From: Pelomyxa schiedti
Lineage: Eukaryota > Protista > Evosea
NCBI GenBank assembly: GCA_020536535.1
Contig: JAHLWZ010000636.1
Location: 124,001 to 188,000, forward strand
Reading direction: 5' to 3'
DNA length: 64,000 nt
How positions within the stretch are numbered: position 1 is the first letter of the stretch; every line of letters starts with the position of its first letter. The position numbers and the translations under genes were made by a program. The notes beneath the pieces are model-generated. The model did no database searches. It was given only the letters and a program-made list of their open reading frames with translations, and was not told where the DNA came from. Below, in pieces: positions 10,815-21,400 of this stretch.

Positions 10815-12543
10815 ATGTCGGCAACAACTGGGGAGGAGGCGCGGGTGATGGTGGCCAGACTGTGCGGCACGGCCTCCCGCCCCGGTATGCGCCTTGTGGG
10901 CGTTGTGGCTACCGTGGCCCTGGCCTGGGTGTCGCTGCTGCACTTCGACTCGTACGGCGGGGAGCAGGCGCGGCTGCTGGCCCGCGTGGCTGCAGCGGGG
11001 GGGTGCGGCCTGGGCCTTGGTGCAGGCGCAGGCACGGGCGGCGGTGCCTCCCGTGGCGGCGACCCGAGCGGAGGAGCTGCTACGAGCCACGGCGTGGTGC
11101 AATTCGGGCGGTTCTACTACCCTTGGGTTTGGCTCTCCTCCCGTGCTTAGTTGTTTTTTTTTTTCGTTCCCCCTGTTTTTGTTATAGTTGGTTATGGGTG
11201 TGTTAGTATTTATTTCATTTCGCCAGGTCAACTATACTTATCAAGTCGATGGAGTTAAGTTTAGTAGCAGGATGTGCAGACCACTAGATGACTACTGTGG
11301 ATCATACTCTGGCATTATTGAGGCTGAAGCTGCATTGAACAAGTCAGTTTCCCTTGCATCGGCGTTTCTTCCTCATGTTGTATTTTAGGGTATTAAATTT
11401 TGACACGATGGTCATTCACAGTGTCTGTGTCGATCCTGCTGATCCTTCTGTACATTCTTCCTTAATGTCTGATAATGGAATTATGCCAAGTAATTCACTA
11501 TTGTAGGTAGCCTTCTTAGAGCCAGCGGCTTCATTTAGACCGTATCTCCTTTTCCTGCTTTTACCTGCGGAAATTGTAATTGCTCTCCTGTCCATCTTTG
11601 CTGTTGGACCCTTCCATGGGAATCCTTACCTTAGCCCTTATGTGACAAAACGAAATTGCTTCATTTTTTATTTTGTAATCTGTCCAAACTAAAAATGACC
11701 ATACCAACTCAATGGTAGAATCGCCTTTCAACAGCAATGCAGCGCAAACTCTTAGCCCTCTTGGCTTTTGCTTGGTTTCTATGTCTTCACCTCGTTTTTT
11801 ACAAATATCATACAAGGTAATCCTTCATTTTATCTTTCCAGTGATTAACCACTTAGCCCAGGAACCCATTCAATGAACCTAGTAACTTACATTCAAGGTC
11901 AGCTACTGTTCTTTGGTGTGTTCTGAAGAAATGTAAAACGTAATTAATTAACAATTGCAAGGAATTCTGGCCTACATCCGGCTTAAACTCTCTAAAAAGC
12001 CCCTGCTTTCTAATCCTACATTAATTATCGAGCAGGACAATGTCACCGGACTCCCCATTGCAATGGGGCAAGATTTCACAGTAAACACCATGCTGCCACA
12101 CTTGACCTAATCCCACAATCCTTCCAATTCAGATTACCGTGGAGTTCAGTGTGCTTGAGAACACTGTGATCAATGACGCCAGTGTGCAACTGCAGTGCAC
12201 CGCGTTCCGCGGAGACAAGGCACTTGGATTCCACGGCAGGAAAACCAAGCCGGCACTCTCGACTAGCTGCGTTGGGCACATGATACACCGAGGCGAGCAA
12301 GTGCGAATCCACTACGGCGTGTTCAACGTGCCGACTCCATCTTCCGACAAGAAGGACCTGCTGTGCTGCCACGCACAAATGAAAGAAGCCAGGGGCAGTG
12401 GTACAATAGTGGGGCCACCAAAGTGCGTATTCAGCTGGGCGATTGTGCACCAGATCGATGTGATGCTAGCCAGTGATGTTTCCCACCTTGATACACCCAG
12501 GCACCATTTCGATGTTGGAATTTGGGAGACAAACTGCACATAG
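10815..12543 (+). CDS. Membrane protein with DUF3592-like domain and a C-terminal beta-rich domain, multi-exon (3' linkage tentative)
   Basis: N-terminal hydrophobic helix, then spliced YYPW|VNYTYQVDGVKFSS and VIHSVCVDPADPSVHSSL, which resemble the DUF3592 YxYxVxG...VxYDPxDP pattern from memory. Downstream exons IIEQDNVTGLPIAMGQDFT|ITVEFSV run to the stop at 12543. Confidence 0.45.
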
Positions 12544-12773
12544 GGCCTGCAACAAAAAAAGTTCCAGATTGGTAGTATGCTTTTTGGCATTGACACACTT
12601 CTCACTTTCGAGAGTCCTGGAATACAGTGTTTTTCTTTTGTGAAGATTGGCATGAGAAGTCCCCAGGAAAAAAAAATCCCAAACTTTTGTGCTGAGAGCA
12701 ACACCCTGATTCATCAAAACGAATTTTTTAGTGTGAGTCCCAAAGTTAATAATATCCTTCAGAGCTCATGCCG

Positions 12774-14623
12774 TCACGGGAAAAACTCAACAATGACTGA
12801 ACCACTTCCATACAGTGACGACAAGCCAACAGAACAGCCCTCTGCCCCGGGATTGTGGATGAACGAACCACCCCAACCCCCACCCGTGCCACACACAGCA
12901 CCCACCCGATGCCACACAGAGTAGGACCACCTGAACACTCCACGCCCGCCCCGTCTCCGCGCCAATCACTACTGCACTACCGCCACCGCCACCTCCCCCC
13001 CCAAAACCGCCATTCCCAAAATCTTTGGGGCTATCATAGCTGCTAGCCCCAAAGAAGAGAAGGGGGTTTCCCCCAGACTTCCCTCCAGTGCCGCCAAAGC
13101 GTGGGGACTTACCACCTTCGGCTGCTGGATCGGACATTGATGTGCTGCCGGCACAGCCATTAGAGATCCAGCCAGCCCCTCCTCCTGCCCAGATGGTTGG
13201 CCCCGTTTTGGAATCCATACTTGTGGGCTGCGGCTCACCACCACCCCCACCTGTGCCTCCACCACTAGACAGGCGGTTCCCGTGTGTGCCGTTGCGTGTT
13301 AGGCTGGCATCCTGGCCATTGCTTGTACTTCCCCCCCCTCCACCTCCTGCACATATTAAAATGTTGCCAGAACCGTGCTCCCAGACGAATGTACCTCCGC
13401 CACCTCCTCCATTTCTAGCTCTGGTTTCACCCCCCTGACCAACAAGGATGGCGATCACTGCGCCTTCTTCAATTGCCAAGAATGATGTAACAACAGCCCC
13501 ACGCCCTCCTTTGGCCCCGAAATTTTTGGCATCACCACCACTTGCTCCAATAGCAGTGAATTTATACATTCCTGAGAATGGAACGATCCAACGCTGTATT
13601 CCTCCTGAAAGTGTGACACTCATTTGGAATGGTGAACTATAGCCAACAGTGGTCGGTTCTTCTTTGATTCTCCCATCAAGTGAGGTGAACTGGAATATCC
13701 TTGCTGCTTTGACTATTGCAATGACTTGCGTCAATTTCGCCGCTTGTGTGCGATTGTCTGTTTCCAATTGCTGGCACAGTCTTGACAAGCGTAGAATTTC
13801 CTCATTGCAATGAATTTCTAAGTTGGAAAACATCTCTTTGAGTCTTTTGTTCTCATTGACCAGTGGCCCAAAAATGGGGTTAAGTTTAGCAATAGTACAG
13901 GATTGGATATGCTCATCGTAATGGCATTTTGGGCCACTCCATGTGCAAAAAGGCTGTGCACAACACTTCACAGTCACTCTCGAACATGCCTTCTGATGCT
14001 CCTCCATTACTCTTGGTCTCACTTTTTCCCCACATCCATTTGGGCAGTCTTTCAGCGAGATTAGTAAAAAAGACATACAAGGCAAGGGGTAAGTACTTAT
14101 AGGGCAATCAGACTCCTTGTGTGACAGGTCCTTAAGCGATCTCCTTATCACGTGGTCCCCACAAATGTCACATACAACAGGTACACTCAAGCACTCTGTT
14201 TGCTCGTGTTGCAGTTGACTTCTGGGGGCAACTTTCATGCCACAGTGCATGGGGCATTCTGTACCACAGTGAGCAATATATGACAGTGGCAGGCCACATA
14301 CCAATTGGACACTCGGGGATGTGAGAGCAAAGTGTGTCCCTCTTGAATATGGCGCCGCACACAGGGCACTTGACTTCAATCAGAGCCAACTTTGCCAAAA
14401 TAGGCTTAGCAGTGACAGGCTTTAGTTTGCCTTCCATTTCCTCATCACACAATGGACATGTTTTCCTCTGATTTGTATATAATATGAGAAAACAAACAAC
14501 AACCAAAGGGAATGTGCACACAGTCATAGAGCAAGCCATACACAACCAGGCACTGCAATCGTGAACAACTGGATGATATGCAATTGCTGAGCACACTACG
14601 CACGTGTACCGTGCATCTAACAT
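12774..14623 (-). CDS. Degenerate RING + TRAF-type zinc fingers + coiled coil + ALK/LTK-type glycine-rich domain; 3' end apparently frameshifted
   Basis: CVVC...HDCSAWLCMAC...CPLC RING-like region. TRAF-type fingers CPMHCG...HEQTEC and CPNGCG...HQKAC. GRD start QRWIVPFSGMYKFTAIGASGG...GGRGAVV...ILVGQGG. The natural terminus GGSFIHN...GSGSVIVEFFP* lies in another frame. Confidence 0.75.
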
Positions 14624-14860
14624 TGTCCCCTCTAAGTACTTGAACCACGACCCCGGTTCCTCCTGGATAGGAACGAGTGAGTTCGGTGTATAACAGATGT
14701 GTGTTCGTCTTCTACACCTTTGTTAAAAGGTCCGCGTCACAGTTGGTCGTATGTCCCGCCATGCCTTCGAACAAAAAAAAAAAGAAAAACTGTTACTCCT
14801 TCTACCCTCCGGTGAATAAAAAGTGTACCGCCAGGCCTTGAGTGTGAAACGAGCTATCTA

Positions 14861-16615
14861 TTGAGCTCCCCACAAGAGGGCAGGGGGATCGAAACCTCCA
14901 TCTCCAAAGCACAAATTGAATTGAAAAAATCGATGGCATCGTTGGGTGGTGTGGCGGTTGGCGCTGTTGTGTGCTTGTTAGTTGTGGTTGGGTATCCCAC
15001 AATTGCGAGTGCACGTCCTCATACTGTGGAGCAGCCGTATCTATCCACTGCCAACCTGACAATAGGCATGTGGTGCGGCATACCCCCTCAGTACCTCTCC
15101 TACGACCGCGTGGCCGAAGTAGCCGCGGCGGGGCTCACGGTGGCCTCTGGCCCCTGCGAGGGCACCCCCGACTACACCTACAACTCGGCCCTGGCCTCCT
15201 ACGCCTCGTCGCTGCCTGCCCCCGCCCGCCTCTCCGTCCTCGTCACCGACTCGCGCGCCGTCTCGGCCGGCTACGGCGACGACGTCTCGGCCAACGTGGC
15301 CGCCGTGGCCGCGGACTACTCGCCCTACCCCGCGGTCTCGGGCTACTACCTGCGCGACGAGCCGCCGGCGCAGGACTTCCCGCCGCTGGCCAACGCGACG
15401 TCGGCCTTCCGCGCCGCGGACCCCTCGCGCCCCGCCTACGTCAACCTGCTGCCCAACTACGCGTCGGCGCAGCAGCTCGGCACCGCCACCTACGCCGAGT
15501 ACGTCGAGCTGTTCGCGCACGAGGTCGCGCCGGCCGTCACGAGCTACGACTTTTACAACTTTTACAGCGACGGCTCCGACTCGACGGGGTTCTTCTCGAA
15601 CCTCGAGGTGTTCAGGTCGGTCATGCTCGAGTACGGCTCCATCGAGTGGTGGCTGTACATCCAGGCGATAGAATTCTCCGGCCACAGGGCTACCAGCGAG
15701 GAGGAAAAGAGGTGGGCCGCGATGCACACTATTGCTTACGGGGCGTGCGGCGTGTGCTACTTCACGTACTGGACTCCCCCCCAGACAAGCGAGGAATTCG
15801 GGGAGGGCATCATCGCGTACGACGGAACCCAGACGGTGCAGTACCCCCAGGTGCAGAGGATAAATGCGAAGTTGGCGGCCTTGGGTGCTTTCACTTGCGC
15901 CGCATCTTCCAAGGATGTTTGGCACAATGGTGAGCTTAGCCCAGATACGCACCCTCGCCCGTCGTGGGACTCTGTATATGTTCGGGGAGGCAATGCTGTT
16001 ACCGTGGGCAAATTCGCGGCCTCGGATGGCGGTGAGCTTGCTCTGATTGTCAACAGGGACTACACCTCCCAACAGCTTGTCAACTTGTGCCTTGCCTCAG
16101 CGGATTCAGCACCACTAGAATTCAGTACTACTTCCAACAGTTGGGTGGCCATGGATGTAATCAGCGGCGATGAGTGGTGTGTCAACGTCCAAGTGGAAAT
16201 TGATGCCGGTGATGCGGCTCTTGTGTATCTCAAGGGACCAGTTCCGGCCGGTGAGCCTGGAGCCGAGGCCTATGTTGGAGTTGTGAGGCATGATATCGGC
16301 TCCCTTGATGTTGTGGATTCCCAGTGGGGAACAATGGAATTACGAAGTGCAGGCTGGCGCGACTGTCCAAGTGGCTTCAGCCTCGTTGGTGTTGATTTCG
16401 AGTCTAACGGCTTCTGGCTGTGTGCCAGGTCTGACCTGAGTTCAAATACATTCTACCTTGGAAATGTTGTGAAGGATGCAGGCACCCTTTACAAAGTGAG
16501 TGGGGGAACTGCAACTCCAAGTGGTTCTGCTAGTTGGAACACATGTCCTGATGGAAGCACACTTTTGGGAACTATGTTTGACAGCAATGGCTTCTGGTTG
16601 TGTTGTGTTCTCTAA
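14861..16615 (+). CDS. Secreted bacterial-type TIM-barrel glycoside hydrolase (clan GH-A/GH42-like) with two C-terminal Cys-containing repeats, intronless
   Basis: Signal-like MASLGGVAVGAVVCLLVVVG (likely true start), YYLRDEP, PAYVNLLPNYA, SYDFY, YIQA and AYGACGVCYFTYW. Two repeats of WxxCPxGxxLxGxxFxSNGFWLC. Confidence 0.7.
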   Translation: MSSPQEGRGIETSISKAQIELKKSMASLGGVAVGAVVCLLVVVGYPTIASARPHTVEQPYLSTANLTIGMWCGIPPQYLSYDRVAEVAAAGLTVASGPCEGTPDYTYNSALASYASSLPAPARLSVLVTDSRAVSAGYGDDVSANVAAVAADYSPYPAVSGYYLRDEPPAQDFPPLANATSAFRAADPSRPAYVNLLPNYASAQQLGTATYAEYVELFAHEVAPAVTSYDFYNFYSDGSDSTGFFSNLEVFRSVMLEYGSIEWWLYIQAIEFSGHRATSEEEKRWAAMHTIAYGACGVCYFTYWTPPQTSEEFGEGIIAYDGTQTVQYPQVQRINAKLAALGAFTCAASSKDVWHNGELSPDTHPRPSWDSVYVRGGNAVTVGKFAASDGGELALIVNRDYTSQQLVNLCLASADSAPLEFSTTSNSWVAMDVISGDEWCVNVQVEIDAGDAALVYLKGPVPAGEPGAEAYVGVVRHDIGSLDVVDSQWGTMELRSAGWRDCPSGFSLVGVDFESNGFWLCARSDLSSNTFYLGNVVKDAGTLYKVSGGTATPSGSASWNTCPDGSTLLGTMFDSNGFWLCCVL

Positions 16616-16697
16616 TTAAGTAGTAACAAGACTTGTTTCCGGTTTTTTTTTAAAAAAGACAGATAGGAGTAATTACAACTGGGTAAGTTAGGCCAGG

Positions 16698-17721
16698 TTA
16701 CTGGTGTTTGCAACCAGAGCCCTTTTTGGCAGAGCCACTGGATGAGAGTGCAGGCGAAGAATGTGAGCTTGCTGGTGAGGCATGCGTTCCTCCTGTGGAA
16801 CTATGACCCGGTTGGGCTGCAGCTGCAGCGGCAGCCGCTTTCTCTTTCTGAACTAGCTTGGCATGGTAAGCCCGGGCAGCAGTTTCAAAGACAGTTGCTA
16901 AGTTGTCCTTAAGGGGGTAATAGTGAGTGGATAATATGAAAAAAACGAAACCTACTTGTGTTAATGCAGAACACTCTACATATTTATATGCCCCTATTTC
17001 TCTGGCCAGATTTTCTCCCTGGACGGGTTCAGTAACTTCTACAAGGTGGCTGGAAAGTTACCTGTTCTCTCGGGAGAGTTTTTCCTGGTTTAGAGCGCAT
17101 ATCCGACTTGGTTCCAACCAATACGATTGGTGGAAGGGGTGTTACGAAATTACCAATCTCAGGGAGCCACTTTGATGTGACTCGGGCAAATGATGATGGT
17201 TCCGTGAGAGAAAAACAAATCAAGAAGACATCCGTTCTGTTACACAGTTAGAACGCCTGTGTAACACTACAGCAGTATGGGGACGGAATCAGAAAAACGA
17301 AAAGCGTACCCAGGATAGCTCAAGGGTCGCAAGCTATCATACTCCTCCGAACCTGTGGTAAATGTGAACTCATTTTTCTTTAGTCTCTTGCACACCACTT
17401 GTATCCCACAGGCCAAAGGCAATCGCAATGTTGTCAACCATGGCATTTGCATTATAGTTGTCCTATTAAATCGTCACAACTACATACACAATTGAGAGTA
17501 GCATACAAAAACCTGTGGGTAAGATACTAAGTTTTGGGGATAAAAACCAAATGAAATACCGTAGGTACATAGTCTCCAGGAAACGAGTTGGTTGTGTACG
17601 AAATCAATAAACATGTTTTCCCTATACCGTCGTTTAAAAAAAAAATTGGACAGTAAAAAAACGAACCGACGTTGCCGTCACCAACGACCATGACCTTCAA
17701 TTCAAATGCTTTCTGCGACAT
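16698..17721 (-). CDS. Atypical Rho-family small GTPase, multi-exon
   Basis: GDGNVG|[20 protein letters not shown]|VF|[10 protein letters not shown]...LWDTSG|[14 protein letters not shown]|TDVFLICFS...LVGTKSD...Q|[19 protein letters not shown]. Ends KKGSGCKHQ*. Confidence 0.92.
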
Positions 17722-17951
17722 TTACAACACACTAATAAAAATAAACTGGAGCGGATTAAAAGTGGTGCCACCAGCGGCACTACTTGATTTTTGTTTTTTT
17801 TTTTTTCTTCTTTCCTTGTGGAGATACTTTGAAGTTTGTTTTCAAGGACTTTGTCAGCCCCGAAAGCGAAAAAACAAAAACCACTGGTTGAACCATTTTT
17901 CGCCATAGGGCGAACACATCTCATCTATCGTACTTCATCACCCATCACACG

Positions 17952-18302
17952 ACTCAAACGGCGCTTTTCCACTCGCCCATAACTGTCTCAATGATGGCAA
18001 CGTAGTTGTTGATAACCTCTTCCCTCCACTCGCCCAACTGCTTGTTGTTCTGCGCCACTTCTTGCACCAATGCTATGAGTGCCTCGCTCTCTGTGAGGTG
18101 TTTTTTAAAGAGGCACGAAAAGACAAGATTCGATGTCAAACCTCACACCTGCTTTGTGAGTGGCTATCTCGATTTGGAGCTGTGACACCCGTGACTCCAG
18201 AGTCCTGCGCTCTGTTGCCCAGTCTCGTTGCTCAGTGCTCACAATCACAACACCACATCTTCCGTGTTCTTTTTTTTTCTTCCACCACCTCTTCAGTCCC
18301 AT
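17952..18302 (-). CDS. Small coiled-coil hypothetical protein (one probable intron; 5' end uncertain)
   Basis: Reads RDWATERRTLESRVSQLQIEIATHKAG|...KHLTESEALIALVQEVAQNNKQLGEWREEV...KSAV*, with helical heptad character. Confidence 0.4.
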
Positions 18303-18474
18303 GTTTGTGGCTCAAAGAGAAAAAAGTTGTGATTTCTTTTCTTTATTATACTGTAAGTGTGGCAATGTATGAGTAACTGAAATGGTTTCCCGTTATTTTT
18401 TTTTTATCTATTAAACACAAACACAGCTCTAAGTTGAGATAGTGTGGTTAGTGATGAATTTGGTTGCCGTTGAA

Positions 18475-21400
18475 CTAGTGCTTGTTCGAAATGGGATTGA
18501 GTGTGTGTGTGGTTGTTGTGTGATTGTTGGATGTGGCAGCTGCATGCCGTGATTGGGTAGCAACTGACACTTTCCTTCCTGTTTGTGGTGATGTTGAGGT
18601 TGATGCTACTGGAGTGGTGGCTAAGGCAATAGCCGGTGATATGCTGGGCTTGCGGAGTGTGGATGGAGAAGAGTTCTGTGTGGCTGGAGTGTTGTTGGAA
18701 CCAGAACCCGGCTTTGTGGGAGTGCTGTTGTTAGTAGTGGTATTGCCATTGGTGCTAGTTTGAGACTGTTGGTGCGCATTGTTGGCTGCCTTTGGTGCGG
18801 GGGTTGGCTTAGCCCCGTTTGGAGGAGTGGTGGTGCTGTTGTTTTGAGTCCCGCTGGGGGACGAGGCTTGATCTGATGATGTGTCGGGACCAGAATCGCT
18901 TGGGGACAGTGGTGGCGACTTCGTGGCACTGTTTTCATCATCCTGACTTCTTTTAACTTGAGGAGTAGATGTTAACTTTTTCTTTTTTGATTGCTCACAG
19001 CTATACCTGATTTGGCAGTGGTCGGGGAATTGACAGGTGACCCTTCAGGGGTAGGGTCTTCTCATCAATAAGTTAAATAGAAAATAGTGTAACACATACC
19101 GGCGTTTGATGAAGAACTCTGCGCTCTCTTCTTTGAGTAGCCGGTCATCTGTGCATCTTTAACCATTGTTGCAATTTCCTACAGTGGGATGACAGTAAAA
19201 GAAAAAAGAAAAAGCAGGAAAGACTACCATCTGAACTTCAGATTGCAGTATATGTATCGAAGATGAGGGCTCCGAAAAGGCCACTCGGCCAAATTTTTCT
19301 CGGAAAAGAGGAACCAATTCCGATTCAGTTTTACAGAGCTGTTGTTGTTGGCGGTTTAAAGGGAGTTTTATTGAAACCTTATCCTGAAATCTGAGCAGCA
19401 AAACTGTAACATATGTAATGACGTCAATGGTATCAGCGGGTGGATGTGAATCAGAATCGATATTTGGTCTGAGAAAGAACGGCCCGAAAATGGAAGCAAC
19501 CTATCTTTCCTATGAAAATTGCGAATTTGGTGAGTATCTGTACTTTTTGAAGATCTTGACCACACTCACTACTCCAATATCGAAGAAAAGAAAGAACATA
19601 GGTCAGAAGTGCGCTATTTGGGAATGGAAGTTGCTGTATAAGCCATTTAAGAGTGAGTATTTCGGAATCTCCTGCGCCTTGCCCAATACCTGTGATAGTA
19701 AGTTGAGTCGGCTTCAAGTGATGAAAAATATACGGGAAAGCATCATCTCTCCAACTTTAGCAAATTTGGGGTATAATGAGGATGTGAGCAGTGGTTCGGG
19801 TAACTCTGCAAGGTACAATTTGACAACTTCACCCAAAGTTACATAATCGGTAAACGATTGGTCTAGCGGTTGACCTAATATGCATTAGCTTAAACCACAG
19901 GGGTTGGTGAAAACCAGAATCAAACTGAGACTTCAGTTTCTCTAGAATAGGGTAATTTCCCTCTTGAGTGAAAATTTTATCATTGCCAATTGCTGAAAAC
20001 CACTTATTCTTTTATCACTCACATTGTAAGAGGAAACCTCTAAGATACAAGCAATTCAACACTTCACGCATAACAGGTGGCACTAATCTTTGCTCTGGGC
20101 GAGAAGAGATAACTTTCATGTCAATTCCGAATTGTTTTGTATTTTCTGTTTGCGAGAGGTCACTTCCTACTAACGTAAAATAAAAATACCATTGACCCGG
20201 GACTGAAGGAAAATACAGAGTTATGGTGAGAAAAATTGGAAATGATAGGGGAAGTACCTTGGTGGATAAAACTGCAAACCAGTGCCTTGTTTGCTCTTCC
20301 TGAGGTGCAGCAATCTGCAATTGTAAGAGAAGGAAGGAGTTGATGTGAGATGTACCACAAAGGGCTTTTCCTCTTTAGGTCGGTGAACATTCCGTTTTAG
20401 CATAATGCAGAGCTGTGAATTGTCTCTTACTAGTACTACATCGTAAAACTGAAGTGCCATTATTCTTTTTGGAAATGGATCCTGAGATTTGGTTGGTAAG
20501 ATATTTTCTAAGAACTGTTAACCTGACTATCAGAATAACACAGCAGGAAGGAATCCATTACTACAAGCCATCGACGTTTTTCTTTGGTGAAAGCCTGGGT
20601 TTTTCTTGTTCTTGGTTGGACTTCCACTTGCACAGGTTTGAAGCAGTAACTATGAAAACGAGCTTCAAATTTGTTCATATAACCGCATAAAGCACCCTCG
20701 GTCTATAGATTGTTGGTACGGAATAGTAGTAGAAACAGATTACAAAGTTAATGTTTTGTACTCGGTTTCTTATCTGCTCCTCTGTTTCTGGTCTCTTACC
20801 ATTTGATGAGAACTCATTTGAGGAAGAAGCTAGATTACAATAATTTGGTCAATTGGCATCACAACAACCACTCCACTTCCAGACAGTCTATGATCGTTGT
20901 AGGAGAGGTTCCCGTTAAGCCATTTTACTAAAAACTTTTAGTTATTGGTATTATAAGTGTGATTACCTAGGGTATCATTATCATAGTAAAGGAACACTAA
21001 TTCAGTTTGTGCTTCAAAGGCTGTTGCAAATAGAGGCTCCATTAACACAAGTGGCGCATTGCCATCAATTACAGTGACTGTTAACAAAATTACTGCCTGA
21101 GGAAAAAAAAACACAGTCAAACCAGCTGTCGTGCATGTGTCAGCACTCACAAAAGCTGTGTTAACAAAAACTTGGGATGGGAGAAGAGCAAAGAAATTTC
21201 CCTGAGCATTCAACAATTAAATGCTTCAAAGAGTGTCTAAATATTACCCCTTTCTTGGAGAAATTTGGCTGACTCGTAAGTAGGTCACTCAGAATTTGGC
21301 AGGCAGCTACCATGAAACCAGGTTGGCTTTTTAATGTGGGAGCTATTAATGAGCATGTAGTCTTGCCCATATTCTCCAAAAAGGTTTTTGTATAGTTATT

